Source: Candidatus Moraniibacteriota bacterium
Lineage (GTDB): Bacteria; Patescibacteriota; Minisyncoccia; Moranbacterales; UBA1568
Direction of reading: 5' to 3'
Assembly (NCBI GenBank): GCA_028711705.1
Contig: JAQTRS010000002.1
Coordinates: 9,617 to 73,616, forward strand
Length of the DNA: 64,000 bases
Positions 18,515 through 28,808 of this stretch are shown here, piece after piece (positions within the stretch are counted from its first letter, which is position 1; each line of letters begins with the position of its first letter). Under the pieces are notes generated by a model that ran no database searches, was not told where the DNA came from, and saw nothing but the letters and a program-made list of their open reading frames with translations. Made by a program: the position numbers and the translations under genes.

Positions 18515-20527
18515 TTATTCCATCTGTGATGACATCTCGTCTACCGCTTGCTTACTGGTCAAAACCCGAACGCCTCGGGACTTGAGCCCGGCGAGAACCG
18601 TGTCCAGATGCGCCGGAGTATTCGACCAGGTCGTGCCATTGTCCACGATGTCATGGTAGACGATCGAAAGATTAGCGCCATCCTTGATGGCCTCATCCAC
18701 CCATGCCAGCACCGTTTCAGGAGATGTGGCCGAGGTAGCACTCATCGCGTGCACATTGTATCGGTCGTAATTATCCTTGGTATTGTATCCGACGTCGACC
18801 GACCTATGCGAGGCATAGAATTTCTTGATATGGGCCAAGACCTCGCTATTGTACTCGCCATACGGGGTGGCGAAACTTTCGACAGGAGCTCCCATATACT
18901 GCGCGATCGTATCCCGGGAAGTGCCGAGCTCATCATCCATCTGCGCAGGGGTCAACAGCGGCAGATGCGGATGGGAAATGGTGTGCGCCCCGATCTCGAA
19001 ACCATAATCTTGGATTTCATGCAATTGCGCCGACGTCATCAGCCCTGGCTTGTCCAGGTCCCCGCTCACCAAAAACATCGTTCCTACCATGCCGTACTTC
19101 TTGAAAAGCGGGAAGGCATTATCGTAGAAGGATGTGAAATAGTCATCGAACGTCAACGTCACGGACGGTTTTTTGAAAGGAACTATCGTCACCGGAGTAA
19201 GCGAATAGTCATCGGTGGTCAGGTATCCGGCGGAATATATGAGCGAATATATGGTGACCGATTTCGCATTCTTCGGCATCGAGATGCGTGTCGAAAACTT
19301 GCTCCATCCGGATGGGGACGGGTATACGACACCCAGATACTCATACTTGACCGTTCCGTCGGCCAGAGTGATTTCGGCATCCGTTTCCGCATACATATCG
19401 GACTTGTACTGCATCGAATACTCATACGTTCGATCCGCCTCGATCGTCTGCGGGGCGAACGAATAAAAAGCGACGCCGCTGGTATGCTGAGTAATCTTCA
19501 CCTGAAGGCTCCTTGAACCGGTGTGGCCTGTTTTGAGATACGAGAAAGTCGCGTTATTTGTTCCCGACTTCGTTTTCTTCCACGACAACGGAAGGGCCGC
19601 ATTGGCAGGATTGACCGTTTCAAGCGACGGATTCGGGATAATGTTCACCACCGGATCCGGTGTCGGAGGAGTCGGCAGGACTGGCGCATTATTCACGATG
19701 AAAGAAACGACGCTCGAGGTGGCGGCATTACCTGCCACATCGCGAGCACGCACGCTTACGGTATGCATCCCATCGGCAAGGGTCTTGGTATCAAGAACCA
19801 CGCTGTACGGAGCCGACGTGTCTTCGGATCCGAAGACCGTGTCGTCGATCATGAACTGCACGCCTGTGACTCCTCCGACATCGGATGCGTCCGCAGCCAG
19901 GGTCTGATCACCGGAGACGGTCGTCCCGGCAATCGGAGCAATCACCGCTGCCGTTGGAGGGACGATGTCCACTACCGGAGCAGAATCCCCTTTCTTGGAA
20001 AGCGAAAAATTATCAGTGAAAAGCGCTCCGAGAGATTTCATCCGGTGAATCACCGTGAATGATTTCGCATCGCTCGGAAGGGCAAATTCCACTTCAAGAC
20101 GCTTCCAGTCGGAGGAGGAAGCTATATCCGAGAGCAGCGTTGTCGTACTGACTTTCCCGCTCGTATTGGTTACTCGAACGAAAAGGCTTGTCGGCCCCGA
20201 AGCCTTATAGTATTCGTTGTACCGATACGAAGCCCCCGCATCAGCGCTTATGGGATTAAAGAACCATCCGGAATAACCCGCAACGTATTTCGTCACGGTA
20301 ATCCCAAGAGCCTTCGCTCCATCCTGCCCGTCGGCGTTCCTGTCGAATATCGCTGTGTTATTCCCCAACTTCTCCCTGGACCATCCGTTCGGAAAACCGC
20401 CCGTACCGATCTCGACGGAAGGATTGGCGATCAAATTATCATCCGCCACCGAATAATCGACGCTTCCTAAAAAAGATGCTGCCGCCACAACCACGAACAC
20501 CGCCAGATATTTTCTGATATTGAACAT
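18515..20527 (-). CDS. Secreted polysaccharide deacetylase (CE4/NodB) with two CBM4/9-like domains and an Ig-like domain
   Basis: Signal peptide; N.I.NPS.E repeats; TFDD, HTISH, TPYG, VYH motifs. Confidence 0.88.
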   Translation of the reverse strand: MFNIRKYLAVFVVVAAASFLGSVDYSVADDNLIANPSVEIGTGGFPNGWSREKLGNNTAIFDRNADGQDGAKALGITVTKYVAGYSGWFFNPISADAGASYRYNEYYKASGPTSLFVRVTNTSGKVSTTTLLSDIASSSDWKRLEVEFALPSDAKSFTVIHRMKSLGALFTDNFSLSKKGDSAPVVDIVPPTAAVIAPIAGTTVSGDQTLAADASDVGGVTGVQFMIDDTVFGSEDTSAPYSVVLDTKTLADGMHTVSVRARDVAGNAATSSVVSFIVNNAPVLPTPPTPDPVVNIIPNPSLETVNPANAALPLSWKKTKSGTNNATFSYLKTGHTGSRSLQVKITQHTSGVAFYSFAPQTIEADRTYEYSMQYKSDMYAETDAEITLADGTVKYEYLGVVYPSPSGWSKFSTRISMPKNAKSVTIYSLIYSAGYLTTDDYSLTPVTIVPFKKPSVTLTFDDYFTSFYDNAFPLFKKYGMVGTMFLVSGDLDKPGLMTSAQLHEIQDYGFEIGAHTISHPHLPLLTPAQMDDELGTSRDTIAQYMGAPVESFATPYGEYNSEVLAHIKKFYASHRSVDVGYNTKDNYDRYNVHAMSATSATSPETVLAWVDEAIKDGANLSIVYHDIVDNGTTWSNTPAHLDTVLAGLKSRGVRVLTSKQAVDEMSSQME

Positions 20528-20574
20528 AGCTTTCCATTACATCATTACATGAGACCACCATTCACCTTTCGCTC

Positions 20575-21777
20575 TTATTCTTTCTGAAACCATGGATTCC
20601 CACCCAAATGCCATACGGACACGGAGGTAATGCCCAAACTTTCTATCACCTTACGTTTTATACGCATACTCTCGCTATCCTGATAGAAATATACCACATC
20701 CCCTCGTCTCCACGTCATCTCGCCCGAATCGGCATCACGAACGGCCGTCTCAAACCCTTTCTCCTGCCTCAATTGCTCATATGTTAGGATGGTGATCTGA
20801 CTCTTCCTGATAGTGCCCTTGTATCCGTATGACGGGATACCCACGACGATTTTCCTTATGTCCGGAAGCTTTTCTTTCGTTCGAGCGATAACCTCCTTCA
20901 TCCATGGTATCGGAGCTATGGGTGTGCCCGTCCCATGATCGAATTGATAATCATAGAGCATGATAACGGCATAATCAACCGGCAAGACGGCCATATCCTC
21001 ATATCTCCATGAAAACCATCCCGCTTCTTCCTCATTCGCTATCGCCGGACCATCAATCATTAGTTTCTTGCCTTTTTTATGCAATGCGTCACCTAACGCA
21101 GAAACAAATTCCTTATACCTCGGGTATATATCCCCGGTCCATCCCCCAAAATCCTCGAAGTCAAGCTCAATGCCCGTCATGTCATTGTTCACCACGAACT
21201 CGACGAGTGTCCGTATCGTATCATCGCCTCCGAGCGACTTTCGTAAAAACACGTCCATATTCTTCGCATACGATGAGGAGACGGTCGCATACTGGCCTTT
21301 CGAATGCTTCTTCATACCCGCGACATTTTCGGGGGAATACCCGTTGCAGCCAGCTTCCTTTTCAGTGAGGAAAACGAGCTTTCCTTCGTCGGAGACCGTG
21401 AAATATTCTGATTTAAGCACATCCACTATGCCTATATTCGCATATTCGTCGGGAGCCTTGCACGCAGGCTCACCTGGATAGATCCAAGCCATCACCTCCG
21501 TCGTGTTTCGTGAATCCGTAGCGATTTTCGCAGCCGGGCCGGCTGGTGATACAGGCGCCTTAGAAACGGTTTTTTCGTTCGCATCCTCCGCAGGAATATT
21601 CCTGTCGGAAATGACCGGCGAAGAAGGTGTGCTACTACTGCCAAATGTATCGACAGGCGCCTCCTTTCCAGAAAAACATACGAAAACGACCTCGCCTACG
21701 ATTATGAGGCAGACCAAAGCGATGGCAATACTGTATTTTTTGCGATTCAAATCCGACATACGCCTCTTTTTTATCAT
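20575..21777 (-). CDS. GH18 glycoside hydrolase, membrane-anchored
   Basis: TGIELDFE catalytic motif, MLYD, GIPSYG, VWHLG. Confidence 0.85.
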   Translation of the reverse strand: MIKKRRMSDLNRKKYSIAIALVCLIIVGEVVFVCFSGKEAPVDTFGSSSTPSSPVISDRNIPAEDANEKTVSKAPVSPAGPAAKIATDSRNTTEVMAWIYPGEPACKAPDEYANIGIVDVLKSEYFTVSDEGKLVFLTEKEAGCNGYSPENVAGMKKHSKGQYATVSSSYAKNMDVFLRKSLGGDDTIRTLVEFVVNNDMTGIELDFEDFGGWTGDIYPRYKEFVSALGDALHKKGKKLMIDGPAIANEEEAGWFSWRYEDMAVLPVDYAVIMLYDYQFDHGTGTPIAPIPWMKEVIARTKEKLPDIRKIVVGIPSYGYKGTIRKSQITILTYEQLRQEKGFETAVRDADSGEMTWRRGDVVYFYQDSESMRIKRKVIESLGITSVSVWHLGGNPWFQKE

Positions 21778-22466
21778 TGCTTCGCCGCCAATAAACGCTC
21801 CGCCAACGCCACATCATTGGGATTGCCGAAAGGCAGCCATCGGGTTGTCACTTCGACCATAACGGGATAATCCAAGCTCATCTTGACCAATGTCTGAGGC
21901 AAACCGAATTCCGTCTCGGATATCGGCACGGGCGGATAGGAGAAGAAATCCGTATTGAGAATATAGGCACCCGTATTCACCAACCCCTCCCCCAATCGAT
22001 GCGGCCGTTCTACCACACCCATCAGATGGTTCGCATCGTCAATCGTCACCAATCCAAAAGAGGCTGCATCCTGCGTATAATAACCGAGCAGGGCCAAGGG
22101 ATGCTGCATCAATTTCTCAATATCTTCGGTAGCATATATATCATCGCCCATCGTCACCAAGAATCGATCATACACCAGATCCTTCACGAAGTGCACCGCG
22201 CCTGCCGTACCGTTGAGCTCTCGCTGCTCGACATAGGTTATGGTCCGCCCGTTCCATTCATCGCCGAAATACTCCGTAATGACTTCCTTCCTGTATCCCA
22301 CAACCAAAATAACCTCATGGAAAGATGCGGGAAGCATATCTATCTTGTGTGCCAAAATGGGCAAACCCAGCACTTCGATCATCGGCTTCGGGAGTTCTTT
22401 CGTCAATTCACCCATACGGGTGCCCCGTCCAGCCGCCAAAATCACACATTGCATACCATTCATCAT
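21774..22466 (-). CDS. Sugar-phosphate nucleotidyltransferase
   Basis: ILAAGRGTRM, LPKPM, LNGTAGA, MGDD, VERP, NTGAY. Confidence 0.9.
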   Translation of the reverse strand: MMNGMQCVILAAGRGTRMGELTKELPKPMIEVLGLPILAHKIDMLPASFHEVILVVGYRKEVITEYFGDEWNGRTITYVEQRELNGTAGAVHFVKDLVYDRFLVTMGDDIYATEDIEKLMQHPLALLGYYTQDAASFGLVTIDDANHLMGVVERPHRLGEGLVNTGAYILNTDFFSYPPVPISETEFGLPQTLVKMSLDYPVMVEVTTRWLPFGNPNDVALAERLLAAKQ

Positions 22467-22514
22467 TGAAGAATTACCTCACTTTTCCCATGTGCCGCCT
22501 TCATCCCGAGAAAC

Positions 22515-22556
22515 AAAAACAGGATGGAGCGCGAATACGTTCCGCGTCATATCCTG
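22515..22556 (-). terminator. Terminator-like hairpin in the leader of the nucleotidyltransferase operon
   Basis: Minus strand CAGGAT..CGCGGA-loop-TTCGCG..ATCCTG then TTTTT. Confidence 0.45.
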
Positions 22557-22699
22557 CAATTTCCTCGCAAGCGACTTCCAACAACAACGATCCCGTTCCC
22601 GGTCTTAGGCATCCCTGAGACAGATTCAAAATACTGTCTTGCGCCAACAATCCTCGATCCCCCCTTCAATACTGGAACTATGATGGATATCTGCTTCAT
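22547..22699 (-). pseudogene. 50-codon ORF resembling a decayed GT2 N-terminus (or leader peptide)
   Basis: MKQISIIVPVL...FESV...GIVVVGS resembles ISIIxPx.NE...EIIVVD; SD GAGGGG. Confidence 0.4.
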
Positions 22700-22892
22700 G
22701 CCCCTCAATACGGTATGTCGCTATTCGGTAGAAAAGCGCACTACAGATCGTTAAATAATTTCTTGCAAACCTTTCGTGTTGGTATTCTCTCTTGTCTGGT
22801 AATTACAGAATTGTATCAGCTGACCTGTATTTGTCAACAGAAAATAAGACCATAGATTGACAGGTTTGTCAGTTTTTGCGTTGGTATCGATA

Positions 22893-22929
22893 CAAAAAAC
22901 AGCCCCTGTGCTACAGGAGGACTGTTTTT
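22893..22929 (-). terminator. Intrinsic terminator after the deacetylase gene
   Basis: AAAAAACAG-CCTGT..ACAGG-CTGTTTTT. Confidence 0.7.
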
Positions 22930-22945
22930 GTGGGTACGCAGCGGT

Positions 22946-24157
22946 TTATTGCTGCATCATTCCTATTCCCTGGCTGAGCGTCACGGTCTTGACGTTCTGG
23001 GCTTTGATATAGTCGACCATGGTCTTAAGGAGCGCCGGGTCATTGCTGAATTCCCCGCCATTCACATCCTGGCGATGCATTTCGAATATCACCCACTGCT
23101 TCTTGGCGACCGCATTATCGATCCATCCCTTGATGGTCGGCCAGGTCACGTCGGACGTGATATGCTGGTCACGCAATTTGTATCTATCAGTCAATGGACT
23201 GTTATACCCCTCATCCACACTTCGTGCCCCGATATATCCAGCATTTTTTACCAACGTGATAATCGAATCATTATAGGTGCCGTATGGGTAGACGAGTGAA
23301 GTCGCAGTGATACCCAAATTTTGCAGATTAACTTTCGACTGATTGATTTCCTTCTTCGCTTGAGCATTGGTAAGTATCGTGAGGTCGGGATGTGTCTGGG
23401 TATGTGAAGCGATTTCATGTCCCCTGGCAGCCATGTCCTTGATTTGTGAGGTTGTCACATATTCCGGTTCTGAGAGATACTTCGTGATAATCGCCTGGGT
23501 GCTTTTGATGCCGGCTGCATCGAGAATCGGCAGCCCATTTGCATAAGTGCTTTTGAAACCGTCATCGAAAGAAAAAGTTACCATCCCTTGGGCAAATTCC
23601 GCCTTCTGACTGACAAGACTTACATCATCAATGGTCAATTGTCCCACTTTGTCGATCAAATGAAACACCGTGAGCGCAGCAACGCCAGTCGGAACGACGA
23701 TAGAAGCTTGCGTCTGTTTCCATGTCGTACCGGTCTTGGGAACGGCTGCCAGATATTCATACTGATACGAATCATCGGTCATGTGGTATTGGGCCACAAG
23801 AGCCGTATCGACATTGGATTTGTACCAATCCGAGAAAAGATACTCCTCCCCCGCATTGACGGCTACTTCGTCGAAATACCATTTGGCATCGCCGTCAGTA
23901 TAGGCGGTGATGGCGACTTTGGCGGCACGGGTGCTTGAGTGTCCGGCGACCGGATAGGTGAACTTCGGCGTGTTGCTCCCCCAGGAGTCGCCCGACCAAA
24001 ACTGCGGATTGGTCCCATCCGCTGTTTCAAGTGTCGGATTTGGCACGAGGTTAGTCGTTGCGGCCGAGGCTGTTGCGATAGGATTCGTTACAAGTACGGC
24101 GAGCAAGAAAACGAGTAGTTTCTTCATACTGCATATCCTAAAAAAATTATACGCCAT
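22946..24157 (-). CDS. Secreted polysaccharide deacetylase (CE4) with one CBM4/9-like domain
   Basis: Signal peptide (probable start MKKLL), NLVPNPTLE, SFDDG, HTQTHPDL, YPYG. Confidence 0.88.
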   Translation of the reverse strand: MAYNFFRICSMKKLLVFLLAVLVTNPIATASAATTNLVPNPTLETADGTNPQFWSGDSWGSNTPKFTYPVAGHSSTRAAKVAITAYTDGDAKWYFDEVAVNAGEEYLFSDWYKSNVDTALVAQYHMTDDSYQYEYLAAVPKTGTTWKQTQASIVVPTGVAALTVFHLIDKVGQLTIDDVSLVSQKAEFAQGMVTFSFDDGFKSTYANGLPILDAAGIKSTQAIITKYLSEPEYVTTSQIKDMAARGHEIASHTQTHPDLTILTNAQAKKEINQSKVNLQNLGITATSLVYPYGTYNDSIITLVKNAGYIGARSVDEGYNSPLTDRYKLRDQHITSDVTWPTIKGWIDNAVAKKQWVIFEMHRQDVNGGEFSNDPALLKTMVDYIKAQNVKTVTLSQGIGMMQQ

Positions 24158-24367
24158 CCCATATCTCTTGTTTTTTGTTTTACATAAGCTTGTTCGTTAA
24201 AGAATTACATACGAAACAGGCCTCATTTATTGCCCTTTTGAGTAAACAATACACATTTTTTTCCAAAAAATCAACCTATTTTATACTGAAATAAAAGGGT
24301 TGTTTCCAACGTAGCAATCAAGTATAATCAAAGTACAAAAAATAACGGTTTTTTTAACGGTGTTTTT

Positions 24368-25633
24368 ATGAAAAAAGATACAAAATATCCTTTTGTTTCG
24401 TTTGCGTTTTTTTCGTCCATGATACTTTTGCTCCCGCTCATTTCCTACTCTTGCTACCTGAGAAGCGGCACTTCGGCGGACGCAGAAGAAGAGCCAATCA
24501 TAACGGAAGCGCCTACACCATCGACAGACACACTCTCAGCGATTCCTGCGGAAGCCGCTCTTGCTGCAGCGCCATCGAACGCACCCGACACACTCGTGCC
24601 AGGCGAGGCGCAACCGCGAGCGATAGAAACATTCAAACCGCTCGATCTTACGGGTGCAAATGACGAACAACTCAAAAAATTAAGCGCCTATCAAAATGCG
24701 CTCGGCGGTTTTGTGACCAATCAATTGATGGTATTCGTAGATATGCCACAGACATCTTCGGGTATCAAAAAGTCCGCAAGGTATATCGCTCAAACATCCG
24801 ATGAATTTGCCAGACACGGAGTCACGCCTATCTTCATCTTCGAACCGATAGACGAGAAAGATCGATCGCTCAACCTCAAGAAAGTGGCCGAGGGAAAATA
24901 CCAAAAAAACCTCGATCAGCTTTTCGCTGAAATCCAAAAATCCGGTGCGGTCGAAAAAAATCTCGGTATCTTCGTCCCTTATCCGGAAGCCAATACTTCT
25001 GCTTGGGATAGGAGCGATTCTTCGCCAGAAGAATTCCCCGCCATATTCAACGCCTTTTTTGATACGGCCAAAAAATACTACCCGCACATACGAGGCAGCA
25101 TCCTCCTTGATACCAAAACCTACCCCATCAACGACAACGATTGGGAACACGGACGAGTCCAAAGCTTTGCGCCGTATCTCACCGGTATAAACCCGGAGCA
25201 CGTCAGCAGCTTCGGTCTCCAGGGCTTTCCTTGGTCCGATGAGCACCTGCAAGGCAAAGATTTCGACGCGCACAACTTCCTGCCGACATCCATCGCCACC
25301 GAAGCTGCCTCTATCCTCCATACCGACACGATATGGCTCAATACTGGAACATTTCGAGAAATGTATACCATCGGCAATTCCCCGGTAAGCGCCGATGAAC
25401 GGGCTCAGATATTCCAGTCCATTCTCGGCCAGGCAAACGCCCTCACCTCGCAAGGCTTCAAAACCTGGATCAATATCTTCGCCGAAAACAAGATGGCCGT
25501 CGACGAAAAAACCGATTGGTCCTATCTTGATGCAACCCAGAACAAAACCCTCAGCCCTCACGAATCTGCCCTCAAAAAATTTATCGATGATGCGCGCGGT
25601 TCGGGCGTAGCGCTTTCACTCTTTGACCTTTGA
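24368..25633 (+). CDS. Membrane-anchored GH-like TIM-barrel protein, paralogue of 15126-16319
   Basis: KLSAYQ, FVDMP, PYPEAN..W, SFGLQGFPW, WLNTG, WINIFAENK, TDWSY, SLFD shared with the paralogue. Confidence 0.65.
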   Translation: MKKDTKYPFVSFAFFSSMILLLPLISYSCYLRSGTSADAEEEPIITEAPTPSTDTLSAIPAEAALAAAPSNAPDTLVPGEAQPRAIETFKPLDLTGANDEQLKKLSAYQNALGGFVTNQLMVFVDMPQTSSGIKKSARYIAQTSDEFARHGVTPIFIFEPIDEKDRSLNLKKVAEGKYQKNLDQLFAEIQKSGAVEKNLGIFVPYPEANTSAWDRSDSSPEEFPAIFNAFFDTAKKYYPHIRGSILLDTKTYPINDNDWEHGRVQSFAPYLTGINPEHVSSFGLQGFPWSDEHLQGKDFDAHNFLPTSIATEAASILHTDTIWLNTGTFREMYTIGNSPVSADERAQIFQSILGQANALTSQGFKTWINIFAENKMAVDEKTDWSYLDATQNKTLSPHESALKKFIDDARGSGVALSLFDL

Positions 25634-25645
25634 TACCCGATCGCT

Positions 25646-26542
25646 TCAGCGGATCGAGAGCGTTGATTTCGGCTGGATGATGTCTTCAAACGTCGTAAAT
25701 GTCACATCATTGTCCACCAGCGTCTTTAATAGGACCTCATAGTTTTCTGTGTATTTTTGCATATCGAGGTTGCCGTTTTCGTCGGCATACTCCTGCGGAT
25801 GCAGCATGATTACGCATGGCCTTCCAACAGCGAATATCTTTTCACACGTATCGACAACGCCTTTGATCGGTATCATCTGCTGCGTTGCGAAGTCATACGG
25901 CGACGTCACATAATCGAAGAGGTTCTTTCCTTCCGAGGAATTAACCGAAAAACCCTCATCGCGTACAGCTCTCTTTCCCTCATCGGAAATAAGGTTGAAA
26001 GGCGGGATAAATGTCGTCAGCGGCTTGTTTGATATGAGACTCAGCGCTTTTTTACCCAAATCGATCCGGCGTATCGCATCATCATACCCGATCTGTCCGA
26101 ATTCCGTCAGATACACATGATTCGATGGATCATATTCCCCTCCGGAATGATCCCAGCCATGCATCGCGATTTCCATATTGCAACGATTCCTTTTGAGAAA
26201 ATGCATCATGCTCGTATCTTTTTCAATGTCCTTGGGAATCACGCCCGCCACGATGGGCACACCGTATTTGAAAGCCCCTCGCATAAGGCTCATCGAAACA
26301 TCCCGCCACGCATACGATTGAACATCATCGAGCCGCAGCACCACGAGCTTGCGCCCCACAAGCGCCGATGGCCTATCGGCCTGCTGTATACACACGGCAT
26401 CCCGAGCGATATCGATTACGCTTGTATCGTCGTGATAGGCGCTGTTGAGAAAATACACAACACTCCCTCCGGAAAACAACAGTACGATCAACACGATAAT
26501 GCTGCTTACGAGATAACTTTTACGGCCTTGAGGAGTTTCCAT
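25646..26542 (-). CDS. Polysaccharide deacetylase (DUF2334/CE4-like), membrane-anchored
   Basis: RLDDV, MHGWDH, FIPPFN, MLHP. Confidence 0.8.
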   Translation of the reverse strand: METPQGRKSYLVSSIIVLIVLLFSGGSVVYFLNSAYHDDTSVIDIARDAVCIQQADRPSALVGRKLVVLRLDDVQSYAWRDVSMSLMRGAFKYGVPIVAGVIPKDIEKDTSMMHFLKRNRCNMEIAMHGWDHSGGEYDPSNHVYLTEFGQIGYDDAIRRIDLGKKALSLISNKPLTTFIPPFNLISDEGKRAVRDEGFSVNSSEGKNLFDYVTSPYDFATQQMIPIKGVVDTCEKIFAVGRPCVIMLHPQEYADENGNLDMQKYTENYEVLLKTLVDNDVTFTTFEDIIQPKSTLSIR

Positions 26543-26620
26543 ACGAGGATAATAAAGATATGGGTTACGAAAGTGAAACCGAGCAAAAAATTCATGTTCA
26601 TACGGGTGCGGTTATGCCTG

Positions 26621-27664
26621 TTAAAAAGAGACGCGATCCACCTTTTGCCACACAAGATCGCGCCTGTTCAACACTATCTCTTTGACGAATTCGGTGCTGA
26701 TGATGAATGCATTGATAAACACTATCAGAACATACGCCGGGAAAAATAAGAGCAATTCATAGCGATGGCCTTTGATGCTCGCGTACAAAGCGAAGAGAAA
26801 CGCATTCAGAAAATACATCGGGAGTATGAAGGTGAAGAACGCCTTCGGATTGGCCAAAGGCATGATGAACAGAAGCATACTGTAAAACACGCCGTCCAGA
26901 AAGATGCACGAGAGCTCGAATGCCGCCGCAGGACGATGGAAGACTATCGGGTAATACTTCCGGATATTCTGCCACCCGCCGCCATACCAGCGCCGCATCT
27001 GCCGAATATAGGAGGGCAGATTGGGCGGATCCTGGGTATACACCTTGGCATCTTCGGCATAGATGATCTTAAGACCCTTCAGGTGCAGCTGGAACGTGAA
27101 ATCCAAGTCCTCGGTCACAGTGTCGTGATTGAACGACAGGCCTCGCAGCACTTCGGTGCGCATGGCCGTCGCACACCCCGGCATCACGAACATGTAGTTG
27201 ATGATCGACTGCGCTTTCTTGAAAATCCCCTGGCCCACGATATAGTCGATCGCCCGGCAGGCCGTCAGCCAATTATGCTTAAGGCTGCACACATAGCCGC
27301 CCACCGCACCCACCTCGCGCTTCTCATCGCTCAAAAACGCCGCTTCTATCCGCTCGACGAAATGCTCGTCGATAATCGTGTCCGCATCCGTCATCACAAC
27401 CACATCCCCGGTCACGCTCGGGAGTCCGGCCTCTTGAGCCTTACTTTTGTTGCCGGTGTTGATGACCAGGTTTATCGCATGTATAACCGCGTGTTCGCTT
27501 GCAAATGACGCGAGAATCTTTTGTGTCCCATCCGTGCTGCCGTCATTGACCACGACGATCTGATCCAATGGACGCGTCTGAACAAGAGCGGACTCGAGGC
27601 ACTTTCGAAGACCCTTTTCTTCGTTATGACATGGGATAAGGAGCGAGATTTTCATAGATGCCAT
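26621..27664 (-). CDS. Processive GT2 glycosyltransferase
   Basis: LIPCHNE, DGSTD, DAD, TED, QMRRW, C-terminal TMs; start approximate. Confidence 0.9.
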   Translation of the reverse strand: MASMKISLLIPCHNEEKGLRKCLESALVQTRPLDQIVVVNDGSTDGTQKILASFASEHAVIHAINLVINTGNKSKAQEAGLPSVTGDVVVMTDADTIIDEHFVERIEAAFLSDEKREVGAVGGYVCSLKHNWLTACRAIDYIVGQGIFKKAQSIINYMFVMPGCATAMRTEVLRGLSFNHDTVTEDLDFTFQLHLKGLKIIYAEDAKVYTQDPPNLPSYIRQMRRWYGGGWQNIRKYYPIVFHRPAAAFELSCIFLDGVFYSMLLFIMPLANPKAFFTFILPMYFLNAFLFALYASIKGHRYELLLFFPAYVLIVFINAFIISTEFVKEIVLNRRDLVWQKVDRVSF

Positions 27665-27997
27665 ATCATGCCATTCGCACCGTCCAAGCTCCATCAATCT
27701 ATCAGAACCCAGTATCGAGAGGAATAGCCATTTTTTATATTACGGTAATACAATTTTCAATAGATTTCTCCAAGAGTTTCACAATCTATCACAAACACAA
27801 TACTATGGATGTAAAGTTCTTAAATTTTACCAGAAACCAAAGAATCGTCAAGGACTCTTTTCTGTCTGTTTATCCTTTAAATGAGGGTTTATTGTTTCTA
27901 CGTCGCCTTCCTCAAAATTATTCCGCTTTTCGGGCCACACATATTTCCAGCAAATAGCCAAGACAGAAAATATGTATTGTAAGCAACTATTTCAGGC

Positions 27998-28798
27998 CTA
28001 ATGATCCTCATCATCCCCATGTTCATGCGAGTTCTCGCCATGTTCATGATCATGTTCATGATCGTCATCATCCTCTTCATCTTTGCATATCGAGAAAAGA
28101 TCCACCGTTTCAACCTCGCTTTTCCACTCATCGTTCTGCTCCCTTACAGCCTGCACCTGAAGAAAATGGCTTCGTTTTGAGACAGGAAGACAATCCCTCT
28201 CTTCCGTGTCATATTCCTCCCCGCCATCGATAGGGTCATCATCATCATCGGAAAATTCATAATAAATACGGGTATCCGGAAGCGAAGCGGACAGGCGAAT
28301 ACAGAAGGAATCTTTTTCATCCTTCTTATCTGCATCCCTATCCTTATCTTTGTCATCTTTTTCATTATCCTTTTTTTCATCATCATGCCTATCACCATCA
28401 TCCGCATGATCTTCTGGATGCTCTTTGCCATGTCCATCTCCCTCGTCATCCCCATCTTGGCCATGCTCCTTTTGATTCCTCTTGTCATTATCCCCATCGC
28501 CATCATCTTTTTTGGTATGCTCTTTATTTCCATCATTCCCATCTCCACCCTCATCCTGATCATTATCTTCGCAATCCTCTTTGCTCCCATCTTTATCACA
28601 TTCGACATCGATTATCACCTCCGGTATCCACTCGCCCGTTTGCACAAGCAGGTTCTTCGTAATATCATGCGCGGAAAAATATGCCATCGTCAACGCGAAG
28701 CTCTCCTGTTTCAACACCAACGCGAAAATACTCAAAGAAAACAAGGTTATTCGCAAGTATCGTTTGAAAAAATGGGTTGTTTTCTGCCAAGGGAGCAT
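27998..28798 (-). CDS. SipW-type secreted protein with a long Asp/Glu/Lys-rich region, an Fn3-associated-like domain and a His/Asp tail
   Basis: TMAYFS...GEW SipW-cognate signal; IYYEF..DP..Y..SEV domain; DHEHDHEHG tail; start reassigned to 28798. Confidence 0.7.
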   Translation of the reverse strand: MLPWQKTTHFFKRYLRITLFSLSIFALVLKQESFALTMAYFSAHDITKNLLVQTGEWIPEVIIDVECDKDGSKEDCEDNDQDEGGDGNDGNKEHTKKDDGDGDNDKRNQKEHGQDGDDEGDGHGKEHPEDHADDGDRHDDEKKDNEKDDKDKDRDADKKDEKDSFCIRLSASLPDTRIYYEFSDDDDDPIDGGEEYDTEERDCLPVSKRSHFLQVQAVREQNDEWKSEVETVDLFSICKDEEDDDDHEHDHEHGENSHEHGDDEDH

Positions 28799-28808
28799 AA
28801 GGGTTTTG

